Shown one piece after another: positions 52,020 through 64,000 of a stretch of 64,000 nt of DNA. Made by a program: the position numbers and the translations under genes. The notes beneath the pieces are model-generated. The model was not told where the DNA came from, ran no database searches, and saw only the letters and a program-made list of their open reading frames with translations. This stretch comes from Macrostomum lignano. Lineage: Eukaryota. The stretch lies in assembly GCA_002269645.1 (NCBI GenBank), contig NIVC01002234.1, positions 45,702-109,701 on the forward strand, written 5' to 3'. Each line of letters opens with the position of its first letter. The stretch's first letter is position 1.

Positions 52020-53200
52020 TAGTGAAGCAGCAGATCAGGGTAGTAGAATAGTAGATAAAGGTAGTAGAACAGTCGATTAAGGTAGTAGAACTGTAGATCA
52101 GAGTAGTAGAACAGTAGATCAGGGTAGTAGAACAGCAGATCAGAGTAGTAGAACAGTAGATCAGGGTAGTAGAACAGCAGATCAGAGTAGTAGAACAGTA
52201 GATCAGGGTAGTAGAACTGTAGATCAGGGTAGTAGAACAGTAGATCAGGGTAGTAGAATAGTAGATCAGGGCAGTAGAACTGTAGATCAGAGTAGTAGAA
52301 CAGTAGATCAGAGTAGTAGAACAGTAGATCAGGGCATTAGAACAGTAGATCAGGGCAGTAGAACTGTAGATCAGAGTAGTAGAACAGTAGATCAGAGTAG
52401 TAGAACAGTAGATCAGGGCATTAGAACAGTAGATCAGGGTAGTAGAACAGCAGATCAGAGTAGTAGAACAGTAGATCAGGGTAGTAGAACTGTAGATCAG
52501 GGTAGTAGAACAGTAGATCAGGGTAGTAGAACAGTAGATCAGGGTAGTAGAACAGCAGATCAGAGTAGTAGAACAGTAGATCAGGGTAGTAGAACTGTAG
52601 ATCAGGGTAGTAGAACAGTAGATCAGGGTAGTAGAACTGTAGATCAGGGCAGTAGAACAGTGGATCAGGGCAGTAGAACTGTAGATCAGAGTAGTAGAAC
52701 AGTAGATCAGGGTAGTAGAACTGTAGATCAGGGTAGTAGAACAGTAGATCAGGGTAGTAGAACTGTAGATCAGGGCAGTAGAACAGTGGATCAGGGCAGT
52801 AGAACTGTAGATCAGAGTAGTAGAACAGTAGATCAGGGCAGTAGAACTGTAGATCAGAGTAGTAGAACAGTAGATCAGAGTAGTAGAACAGTAGATCAGG
52901 GCAGTAGAACAGTAGATCAGGGCAGTAGAACAGTAGATCAGGGCAATAGAACTGTAGATCAGAGTAGTAGAACAGTAGATCAGAGTAGTAGAACAGTAGA
53001 TCAGGGCATTAGAACAGTAGATCAGGGCAGTAGAACTGTAGATCAGAGTAGTAGAACTGTAGATCAGGGTAGTAGAACAGCAGATCAGGGTAGTAGAACA
53101 ATAGACTAGTGTAGTAGAACAGCAGATTTGGGTAGTAGAACAGCAGATTTGGGTAGTAGAACAGCAGATTTTGGTAGTAGAACAGCAGATTTGGGTAGTA
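52020..53200. repeat. 21-bp minisatellite (AGTAGAACAGTAGATCAGGGT)
   Basis: Lies between the 3' ends of two convergent genes. The SRTVDQG ORF is a repeat translation. Confidence 0.93.
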
Positions 53201-53455
53201 GAGCAATACAGAGCACAAAAAACGATTAAATCACTGATGACTCATAGACCCAAAGACCAATTAAAGTGATGAAACTTTATCGACCTTCATTACAAGCTTT
53301 GAAATCGACTTTTATTTCGGAAATTTTATTTAACCAACAAATCCGCTTGAGTGCATATTTGTGTCACAATTGAAAATTGAATCAGAAGCATTAAATTCAT
53401 AATCAAATCAGTATTCTAGTGTAAAAAGTACAAACTGCAACTTCAATGGTGAGCA

Positions 53456-56400
53456 TCAGGTGCTTGGCTTTCCGCTGCCACTGAAGAAGCTCAGCTGAAA
53501 TACGAGAGGGCGGTTGTTGCAGTAGCAAAGTACGTTAACTGGAGCTCAGAGTGCTGCCTCACTCACCACTGTGTCGCTCAGTGCGTTGAAGCTCGATCGC
53601 CGCGATGGGGAAGTCTCTTCCAGGACCCGTTCCTAGAATTGCATTGTTTACGATATGATAAATAAGAAAACTATTAGTAGATGACAAAATATACCTGATA
53701 AGAGCGTTGAGCGATTGAGCAATTATTATTATTAATAATACTAGCGATCGATGGGGCGTAGCAGGGAGGAAGCAAAGGGGGACCGCGGCCCCCAAAAAGC
53801 TAGTAGGAACATTGGCGCCACTTTGCCCCCCCCCTGGTGCTGGTGCCCCTGATGCTGGCGCCCCTGGTGCTAAAGCCCCTGGTGCTAAAGCCCCTGGTGC
53901 TAAAGCCCCTGGTGCTAAAGCCCCTGGTGCTAAAGCCTTTGGTGCTAAAGCCCCTGGTGCTAAAGCCTCTGGTGCTAAAGCCCCTGGTGCTAAAGCCTCT
54001 GGTGCTAAAGCCCCTGGTGCTAAAGCCCCTGGTGCTAAAGCCTTTGGTGCTAAAGCCCCTGGTGCTAAAGCCCCTGGTGCTAAAGCCTTTGGTGCTAAAG
54101 CCCCTGGTGCTAAAGCCCCTGGTGCTAAAGCCCCTGGTGCTAAAGCCCCTGGTGCTAAAGCCCCTGGTGCTAAAGCCCCTGGTACTAAAGCCCCTGGTGC
54201 TAAAGCCCCTGGTGCTAAAGCCCCTGGTGCTAAAGCCCCTGGTACAAAAGCCCCTGGTGCTAAAGCTCTCAAAATCCTGTCTTGGCCCCTGTTGCCGTCC
54301 TAACAAAACGATTCACAATGGCAAAATATTAAGAGATTTTTTATCCATTACTATTAGTAGACTTAAAGCGAAACTGACTCCGATATTATTAAAAATTGGA
54401 ATTGTCGTCTCAGTAACTTGTGAGTTACACGGTAAACGCATCAGTACAATCTATTCAGTGTGTTGTAAACTATCATTAATCATTAATAATTAATAAAATA
54501 AAAATTACTGGATAATCGCTGGAAGTTGAAACGTTGTCTTTAGCGGCTAAGATTTTAGACGGAGTGCAGACTCTGAGAGAAAAACTTCTTTAAGACCAAA
54601 AAGCATTGAAACGACTGACTCAAATTTGCACTTTTTACCAACTGAGGTCCAACAAAATAAAACGCCTCTGCCTTTTCGGCTTTTGCAAATTTAGCTAATC
54701 TAATTAATGTCCTTTCCTCGGCAAGACCATCAAAGAGTCGAGGTTCCTTTCATGCCGCCAGACAAATCTTATCTAGAAGTGTACAGTTAGGCTTTTTTAA
54801 TTAGATTGACCTCGAACTAAGGAGCAGGATTTTCTTATGCCGCAAAAAGTCAAATAAAGTATTTGTTTTGCCAAATATTTTGGTCTGGGCTTAGGAAACA
54901 GAATGTTTTTGCAGACTGTGGCTAACTTTTAATTCGATTGAAAATCATTAGGATTCAGAAATATGAGTACATGTACGAGTTTATCAAGCTGTCACTTGTC
55001 AATTAAAATCAGTTTTAATCGATTTGTAAACTTTTTTTCTCATTTTTATGGCTCGTAAAACTAAAATTCTTTAAAACAAAGCAAACAACGGGTGTCTACT
55101 CCACGACAGGGTGTCTACTCTAAGACCAGGGTGTCTACTCTAAGACCAGGGTGTCTACTCCAAGACCAGGGTGTCTACTCCAAGACCAGGGTGTCTACTC
55201 TAAGACCAGGGTGTCTACTCCAAGACCAGGGTGTCTACTCTAAGACCAGGGTGTCTACTCCAAGACCAGGGTGTCTACTCCAAGGCAGATATAACTACTT
55301 CAAGACTTGAGGTGTCTGCTTGAAGAAAAATGCATTGACTTAAAAGACAAATATATGTAATCTACGAAAGGTACAGCACACCTTTATCGAGAGTGTTTTA
55401 CGCTACAGGAATTCATTAGAACCAATGAATTGGTTCATCAGCACCCTGTGATGATGCTTCCAGACAGTTGATAGAATGCCACTTTAAACACTGGCCTAAT
55501 CGTCACAAAAGAAAAACCCTGCAACGCCTCACCGTCAGCGGATTTTGGCCGGACGGCCGTCTACTGGACGGCTTTGAGCCGGGCGGCGTCGGTGTCGGGA
55601 TTCGGCAATAGTCAGCCGCTGTCAGGTTTGACGCCATCAAGGCGTGCGCGCTGCCGCCAGTAGCACCGCTGCTGCCCATGCCGGCGCTGCCCATGACATT
55701 CGCGGCGCTGTTCGCTGCAACGCTATGCCGTCTGGTCTGCTGCAGGGCTGTTGGCAGCGACAGAGTGAAACTTCGGTTGGCATCCTCCTGGGGAAACGGA
55801 TTTTTTGGTGGCAAGGGCAGGCGATGAACTCCAATTTGGGAGGGACTCAGTTGTTCAAAAGTTGTTCAACAGTGCAAGCGAGCGCGAGAGAAAAAAAGAG
55901 AAATGGGCTGGAAACAATGCGCGACAAACGACGGCTTAATTTCATCCAGTCAGCCTAAATCCTGTCTGTCAGTATCTAAAGTTGCTGTCTAAAAAAACAA
56001 TCAAAATCGCTCTTTTTTGAAGAGAAACCGAGGAATTGCAACGGACGTTTTCGTTACCTGTTAGCCTATCAGCTTACTCATAAGCTTTGCAACATTGCAA
56101 AATTGAGATTTAAAAAATGCAATACTTAGTCTGAGTCACTCTTAAAGACTTGCGCAAACAATTTGTTACATTGAACGTACACAAGAGGAAATGTTCAAGG
56201 CGATTGGGATGCGTGTACTTCTGTGTCAAAGCGGTCTTTTTCGTGCTTTTAGCTGCTTGTTTTAAAGCGATTGTCATGCTTCAATCCAAGGTTCGGAATC
56301 AGAATTTGAAACCTAACCAGAGCTTGGACGATCCAAAGAAGAAGTGCCACGCGAGACAATGGTTACAGTTACAAACATTTAGCAAAATGCAGCTGAATGC

Positions 56401-59400
56401 GGTGCGAGCAATGCGTTTGTTAATTTTTAGGCGGCCTACATCGTATGACGGAGACTGATGCTGCGAATTGTGAGTCAGAGAACTGACTCCTGTGTGCCAG
56501 TTGTGATGCACCTGGTGAAATTGGTGGTTCTGATGGGGTACAGGAGACAAATACAGAGCCGTATGCGTGTTGATCGGTGGTGCTGGAGCTGCTTCTGAGG
56601 ATATCGTCGAGAACTCGCCGCCGCCACTACCGCTGGCTCCGCCGATGATGACAGGCACGGAGAGCGAGTGCTGCGGCGGCAGGAAGCAGCGGCGCCGACG
56701 TCTGTTGCTGCTGCTGCCGCTGCTGGACATTGACGACTGTTGTTGGTGGTGCGGCGACATCGGCGCCGATGTGGTCGACAGCGGAGAGGCCGGACTCGGC
56801 GGAGCAAGGGAGTTGGCGGTCGAATGGGCACTTCGGGGCGGCGGTTGCTAAAAAAATCAATGCGCATGGCGTGGGTGGCGAAATATGGGCCGGGACAGAA
56901 GCTATTTAGCAATAACATGATTATATTTAGCGAATTTTCCTTGCTAAACTAAACGAAATAATGTTAGAAGGCATCACAAAGACAAAACCCCCCGTCAACA
57001 GACACTGCTGCTGAAAGACAAACATTGGCTCGCTAATTAAATGTGTACAGATTCTTATTTAATTAAAGCCAGCCGTGAATAAATCAAGCAGCCGGAGACT
57101 CAGTAAACTGAGATCCGTCACGAAAAGCCAATTTTGGTCAAACGGATGCGAAAAAAAATTGCAAAGTAAATTCTAGCTGACTTAGCAAATTCTCCAATTT
57201 CAAATTTCGCACGTCGCCTCACCCACACAATTGCTGCTCTAAGGACCGTTGCCATTGACAACCCGGGCACGCATTTGATTAAAAGGGATGGAGGTAGAAG
57301 TCAGTCTACAACAGGTGGGAGACTGAATTCAGTTTAATTCAAGGCACACAAAAGAGCAAGAACTGGGCTGGCTACGCGAGTTATGGGGGCAACTTACGGC
57401 TCAGTTGTTTAGTCACGGCCGGGGCCCAATCGAAAAATATTGATTTCGGGCCTCATGCATTCAAATTCTGGGCGTCTTTTTTGTATTGGCATTAAAAAAC
57501 TCAACAATTACCGTGTGATAGAGGGCCTAGGCTACGGTAAAACAATGAGAATCTCATCGAGTCCTCAGCTTACCATGACGTTGTTTTGCGTGGAAATCAC
57601 AGAGACAAAAAACTGGCATCGCTAAATGAGCAACAGAGAAAATGAAACAATGGGCCTCCATCTGGCTCCACAATTGCAAGCTGGTTCGAATAGAGAAAAT
57701 AAAACGGAAAAGCCTTTCAGCTAAGTAAAAAATAATTTCCTTTGTTCTCTTTAAGACGAGACAATATAGAAGACGTTATAATCATACATTTTTTTAATCA
57801 AGCCAGTATTTTAACTTCTAACAAAAATCTGAAAAAAATTTTTCTAAGAGTAGCCTTGGGTGCTTGATTCTTCGAAATTAATTGTAATTCTACGAGTATT
57901 AATGGGGTCGTGCTATAAAGCTGTCGTAGCGTAAGTTGAATCGTACGTCGGAACTTTTACACTGCGGAGATAGGGGCTAAGAACGATCTTATCTTACAAT
58001 GGCTTTGTACTCGTAGAACGGGGCCAGTACTAACTTTAGTCACTTGATGCTTTGAAGTAAAAAAAGTATTAAAAAACTATTGAAGATTCGTATTTTCCTT
58101 TGTAGCTCAGTTAGTTTTTAATGGGCTTTGGACTAATTAAGGCGATATTCGACTCCAGTAAGCAGTCATGCCCCTGAGCACGCAAACGCACACAGGTACG
58201 TCAGGCAGACACACACTCACACATGGCATGCACACCCCACCCACTGTGCCTCGGTGTCTGGCGCAGAATCGCAAGACAGGCCCAATATCTGGGTACTTAT
58301 TTAGGATGGAACCTGTAGCTTTAATTGGATACGAGCGATTTCTTTAGCAGAAGATGCCAGAGCCTTATACAGTCGCATACGATAGGCCAGAACTTACCGC
58401 GGAGAGGCCCGCCGCGCCGCTGATGTCAATGACGGAGCCCTTCCTGGGACTGGTGCGCAAATTGAACGACGGACTGCTGCCAGTCTTGCTGATGCGTCGC
58501 ACAAATTCCTGACCTGCGTGGTGATGAGACGATAGGGCGGCTCGAATGAATTCTTCAATCTGAAACATAATGCGCGCAGGCGAATGTATCGCGGGTAGGG
58601 ATCACAAAGCAGGATTTAGAGGCGGTCGAAGCCGGGTCTTATTAGATCAAATCTACGGGACAAAGGAGCTCACGTTTCAAGCACGTAGAATTTTTGTAAT
58701 AATGCAGCTAGCTAATTGAACACATCCGTTTGGAACGTGTCTCAGTGTCTGATTTCATTAATATTGAGATTTTGTCCATCTTGTCCACGATAGACTAACC
58801 TACGGCTTATTCCCGAACTTTGAAATGTCTTAAACTAGCTTGAATCGTGGCACTTCAAAATACGAGCGCAGGTCCTTCGATTATTCTTTTATGGTCGTCT
58901 TGTCATAATACGAGTATCTTGATTATTCACTTGCATCGACTTCAGACCCATTTAATCTGAGTTCTTTATTCTACGCATGGCTATGATTCCCTCCTTTTGT
59001 ATTTAACTGTCCAGACGTAAAGCTTTTGGCTACTTTTGATCGATTTTGTCGTTCCATTAATGAGTGCATGCGTCCCTAGTTCTGATCCCATTGGTTCATT
59101 GCATTGGCAGTGACATGGGCTCAGAGTCCTTGCTGTGGATTTAGCCAATGAGTTTTAGTCGGCAGGGAGGTACATATGAACGAGGTGCCCATCGGAAATA
59201 GAAGACTGCTTGCATCATTTGCCAGTTTCAACTAGTTTATCAGGAAGTTGCAAAGATCTGCAAATCTGCTTGGAGAGATTCAGTGAATAGGGAACAAAAC
59301 TCGTAGCAATGAGGCCTGCTCTGATAGTGGTACTGCTTGCCATGTGCGCTCTCTGTTTCGAGATTGGATCGGCTCGTGGTGCGGCTTCTACTGCTTCACT

Positions 59401-62400
59401 CGATGACAGCGAGACGGCCCATTCAAAGAGGTTTGTCCAACCCGGAACCTACGACTGGAAGAAGCGCTTTGTCCAACCCGGAACCTACGACTGGAAGAAG
59501 CGCTTTGTCCAACCTGGAACCTACGACTGGAAGAAGCGCTTTGTCCAACCCGGAACCTACGACTGGAAGAAGCGCTTTGTCCAACCCGGAACCTACGACT
59601 GGAAGAAGCGCTTTGTCCAACCTGGAACCTACGACTGGAAGAAGCGCTTTGTCCAACCTGGAACCTACGACTGGAAGAAGCGCTTTGTCCAACCTGGAAC
59701 CTACGACTGGAAGAAGCGCTTTGTCCAACCTGGAACCTACGACTGGAAGAAGCGCAACGAAGAATGAATAGAGAACAACAATAGCCCGAGCTACAAAGAT
59801 ACATTTTGAAGTAACCACTCACTGGCCAGTTCCCTATTTTCCTAATAGTTGTTAATGTCGTGCAAGCCTGTAAATTGCATGCGAGCCACTCTGTTGGCTG
59901 AATAATCTAATTAAACTCAGCATCCGTAGTCGATCCAAACTTCTGCAAATCAACTGTTGAGTGCGCATATAAACTTTATTATTGGTGTTGCAGTCAATCA
60001 TCGCCGAAATCATTTTCTAAGCTGCTATTGTACCGCTTAGAGTAATTAGTAGGCTAACCTTAAATGTTAATCGTACAAGGTAATGTAGTAGATTGGATTC
60101 AAGCAGAGAGAGCCACAAGAGAAGAGCGGCTCTGTAACGCTCCATAAAAAGTCCGATGCCAAGCATTGATTTTTCTAGTGAAGACCTTCTCCTACAGCTC
60201 TCAACAGGCTGGGGGGAGGCTGGATACGGAGGCCATTCAATCGACTCAAGTAGCCCCGCATCGTGTTGCCACTTTTTGTCTTCAACTCAGCCTTTGCAGC
60301 CATAAGCGACTCTATCAGACATGGAGTGGCTGCGGCTCCGGCAAATCGCTTGCCTTCTACTTCTCTACCGTTGGTTGCATTCTTAACCTAACGATTTCTC
60401 ACTTCTTTGACAGGTGTTTTTGAGCCTATAAATCCACCTGATCGAAGTTCAGAATGTTGAACGCGTGCTAAACGATGACGGATTAGTTCGGGAGTATTAT
60501 TGAGTATAAAGGAGTTTGTTCGCCATGATACTGTGCACTGTAATGATGTTAATAATTAATTTCTCCGAGTACTAATTTCTCCGCCTATGACAAACTATGG
60601 AAATGCCTAATGTCACTTAAACTCCTATGCTGGTTACGAATTTGACTTGGACCTTTGGGCAATTAGGATTTTGTCAATCTAACCCGGCTATGATGAATTG
60701 TCCTGACTAACAAGGGAACAACTTTAAGGCCTCAGAGCAACTTGAACGCGAACAAATTTGATGAAGTAAGCTAAAATGCGCGGGCACCCTTGCGACACAA
60801 TCTAAATTGGCTATCCAGGCGTGGTCTGGAAGGACACGGACTAATACATGCAGTTAATCTATTCTAACAAAGCACACAGAGACAGCTCCTCTACTCAAAA
60901 GACATTTTGGCCTGTAATTGACAGCTTCGACCTGCATGCAATGCTTACAGTAACTCTTTCTAGTTAAGCACAAAAGGAGTCTGAGTTTTGTCTGGCATTA
61001 CTTTGACTCAGTAGGTTGAGCACTAAAGAAGGGAATGGGGTATGAGCACAAAGCGAAAAATATTTTCAGTCTGAAGGTCTCGATAAGGCCAGCGGCACGA
61101 ACACGCACACAAAGGGGCATGCACAGTAAGCTGACGGCTACACAGCAATGCGGTAACACTACTATAAGTACGACTTATATGCATGAGAGAGTTCATTTTG
61201 CCTTTTAATGAAACAGAACAAAAGTATACAACAATTAGAAACTATTTGGCTTACTTTACCACTTTCTTTAGATTCCGTCTTTACCAATAACACAGCCTAG
61301 ACTTAGAACATAGATTTTTGCAGATTTTCCATTTTAGATAGATTTTAGTTTGTCCTTAAACTTACGACTAGCATTGGCCATCGTGACATATACATTATTA
61401 CTACTGAACAATGCATTTGGGAGTTCTAGCTACTAGCACAATGACTTCGTGTCCGCTCGACCTCCTGCTTCACCGCTACATTGACTTGTCTCTACCAGAG
61501 TATTCGAAGGAAAAGCGATTCTCACAACAGCAAAACAAACAAACAAACAATAAAAATCTATAAAAAGTTCAGGACCAGAGCTGGCCGACACCCCAGAAGA
61601 TGGAGATGCGGCGTCATTGCCAAGACGGCTGGGACTGGCGCTGCCGTGGCTGGTGCGCCTGATAACTGTCACGCTGTCGCAAGAAGTCTGCCTGGTGAGC
61701 GACACGCGCCTGGTTGCCGAGTCTCTGTATCGCGATATGGCATTAGAAATGTGCGACGTCTTGCTGGCCTCCAATAGCCGAGAGATTGCCTCAACCCGCT
61801 TGTTCGGCGGGACGCTGGACAAGTCTGGGGTGTAAAAATTTTTGGATAGCAAAGAAACATTCGCAGCGTGTTGGATTTTTTTTACTGAGCAGCGGCGGCT
61901 TTGCGGTTTCCGTCTTCGACGCAGCAATCGGCAGTCATTAATTGAGCCACATTTAGAAAAATATGGAATATGGAATATTCTCTATTCACGATAGTTTAGA
62001 TGCCTCGCTAAACATACCGCATCATCAAGTAATTTTTGACTGTTTTACAGTTTTCAACTAAACATCGAAAGTAATAAAATTTTTATCTGTTTTTAACAGA
62101 CCCGTAAAGTGCATTTTCGCTCAAAACCTGTTTCAAAACTGTTCTCTAAGACACCAAGTTACCCGTCTTTCTACGAAGTCATCATTTGGTCGTAAATATA
62201 TTCAATCGACAATAATAAAATAAGATTTCATTCTCATAAACTAATGCTGTTCGTTCTCGACTTCAGCACTATGGCCACGAATGCTCCCGCCCAAGTTTGT
62301 TCTTCCATAACTGACGAAGAGTTTTATAGAAAAGTCCTCTCTCATTCATGAATAAACGATTGATACCTCGTTATTATCCAACGCACCCCACATTCCCCTT

Positions 62401-64000
62401 CTCTCTCTCTCCCCCCATCAGCTTCATCTGACTGTCAATATTGCCCTCCCGCCCAGCCCAGCCTCGAGCTACATAGCCAGCACAAGATGCTTATCAAATT
62501 TCATCGGCTGAATGACTGCAAGCAACCTACAGGCATTTCTCCTTGCAATAAGGCGTCTCCTAAAAAGAAGATGGAAGGCTAAACGAATCTGTCACGTATT
62601 ATTTACTCGCTAAAGTGGCTTAAACTGCATTTTCTGAAGCGCGAAGCGATGTAGTAGCAATTAGCTAACAAATGCATAGTCAGAAAGGCAGCTGCAGTTA
62701 AATATGTCCATGGACAGAGGAACAGCCAGTCAGGCAGTCAGGCAGTCAGGCAGTCAGTCAGTCATGAGTAACCATGAACTGGAGCTGAGCCTCTGGTAGC
62801 TATGGGTGGCGATTGGCCAAAGCTGGTGATGAAATAAAGAATATGCAAGCAAGTGCAAGTCCAGACCTACAGAGTAAGCAGGTTTCTACACAGAGTGTCT
62901 CCAAGAGTCCAGACAACACGGTCGCTTTGACAACCTCGAAATTACAAATTATAAAATAGAAATTGTTGGTCACTTTCACCTGCTCGACGCTTAAAACTTC
63001 GTAAGCTTGAGATTCATAAACCCCCTGCTCAGACAAATGTGCGACATTAGCAACAGATAAAGCTGAGTCATCCAAAAAAGTTGTATTATTTTTGCTTAAA
63101 AACAAAACGTAACATGGTCTGCGATATCACAAAGCACTAAGAACCTCCCTCGTGCGCGCCAGACAGCAAAACAAAGAATCCTCAATATACCTCGTAGAAC
63201 AAGCCGATCGCAGTTGGTTTCTCTATGATAATGTTTTCTATACTGCGAACTATTACGAACTTGGAACGGAGCGGATGCGCAAGGCAGGAAACGCAATCCA
63301 TTGAAAGCGCGCTCTCCACTAAAAAAGGACCATTTTTGGGCATAGCAGAGCTGGCGCATCTATCTATATAAGCATCTTGATAATAATAGATAACTGAAAA
63401 AGGCACAAAAGAATAATTAATATGTGTTCCGGTTCCGGCGCGACAATAAAGTGGTTGGACAGTACGATGGCATCATGGAATAGTTTTGCCAAGAGACTCT
63501 GCATCACAATCAACTCTTCAGCTTTATAACGGTAACATCTGCACACACAAGCGCACCAATACTGCAGTACGCAGACACGCCACTCGCACACACCCGAGTG
63601 TACAGGGTGTACAGGGGTCCTGACATTCCAATCGTCAGGCATGTACACTTCTGTGCCTGGGTTGGGCCCTGATGGGGTCGTGTGGCGCGAGAGCCTGACG
63701 CCTTCATCGCTGAGCTGCTCCACTGAGCTGAACTTACCCGGACTGGACTTCACACTGGCCGCTGCCTCGTTGATTTTCTTCATCTTCTCCTTCCGCTGCA
63801 GACCGGAGGAGCTGCGCCGCCTGTGCTGGAACTTGTCGTCGTCGTCGTCGTCGTTGCCGTCATTGTGGTGGACGTTCCTGTCGTGAGCGCCGGCGCAGCG
63901 GCAACTGCCGGCTATGGACATCAGGCTGAACTCTTGGTCGATGCTGGGCTGCTGCATCGTGATGAGCGGCGGCCTGCTGGGTCGCTGGACGAATGTTGAG
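53456..64000 (-). CDS. 3' portion of an unidentified multi-exon gene (Ser/Pro-rich, low-complexity C-terminal region), 5'-incomplete
   Basis: Phase-consistent exons: >=64000-63594, 61824-~61592 (donor uncertain), 58559-58398, 56847-56512 (or 56488), 55787-55533, 53632-53567, 53494-53456 (LSFFSGSGKPST*). Strong GTAAGT/GTGAGG/GTGAGT donors, and AATAAA on - at about 53311-53330. The frame is open to the window edge. Confidence 0.68.
53855..54266. repeat. 15-bp minisatellite (GCCCCTGGTGCTAAA)
   Basis: Intronic in the minus-strand gene. The PGAKA/KPLVL ORFs are repeat translations. Confidence 0.92.
55090..55285. repeat. 20-bp minisatellite (GGGTGTCTACTCCAAGACCA)
   Basis: About 9-10 units (55109, 55129, 55149...). 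Confidence 0.9.
59309..59767 (+). CDS. Neuropeptide precursor: signal peptide plus 9 x FVQPGTYDW flanked by KR/KKR
   Basis: GCA ATG A start, hydrophobic leader MRPALIVVLLAMCALCFEIGSA, acidic spacer, nine 36-nt units separated by basic convertase sites, and C-terminal NEE*. Confidence 0.92.
   Translation: MRPALIVVLLAMCALCFEIGSARGAASTASLDDSETAHSKRFVQPGTYDWKKRFVQPGTYDWKKRFVQPGTYDWKKRFVQPGTYDWKKRFVQPGTYDWKKRFVQPGTYDWKKRFVQPGTYDWKKRFVQPGTYDWKKRFVQPGTYDWKKRNEE

Noticed and set aside
52660-53109. SRTVDQG repeat ORF
   Set aside because: A stop-free frame of a 21-bp satellite; the same unit upstream lacks a start context.
53559-54493. PGAKA / PGALA / KPLVL repeat ORFs resembling elastic or silk proteins
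   Set aside because: They are translations of a 15-bp array open in most frames, lying within an intron of the minus-strand gene, with no signal peptide or coding flanks.

Overview
This is intron-rich eukaryotic (invertebrate) DNA. The GC-rich exons and very dense locus-specific minisatellites suggest a free-living flatworm such as Macrostomum, but that is inference only. About one third of the window (~21 kb by my tally) is tandem arrays. Genes supported from the sequence: (1) a 2-exon uncharacterised helical/coiled-coil protein (-, 5547-3097); (2) a lamin-tail-domain cytoplasmic intermediate filament gene (-, 20831-10552) with a probable 12-nt micro-exon; (3) RhoA/Rho1 (-, 27424-25203; 193 aa, ending CDML); (4) a secreted PAN/apple plus fibrinogen-related-domain gene, possibly disrupted (-, 35577-32873); (5) an unidentified coding exon (+, ~41560-42160); (6) an intronless ceramide glucosyltransferase (+, 49135-50391); (7) the 3' part of a multi-exon low-complexity gene (-, window end to 53456), with (8) a 9-copy neuropeptide precursor nested antisense in one of its introns (+, 59309-59767). 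Mobile DNA comprises a tRNA-derived CORE-type SINE (4 copies, one seeding a 2.4-kb satellite from its own A-box end), RTE-like LINE fragments, a Ty3/gypsy-like integrase relic and several MITE-like elements. A ~3-kb CpG-depleted domain abuts RhoA. All splice models and counts were read by eye and need RNA or computational confirmation.
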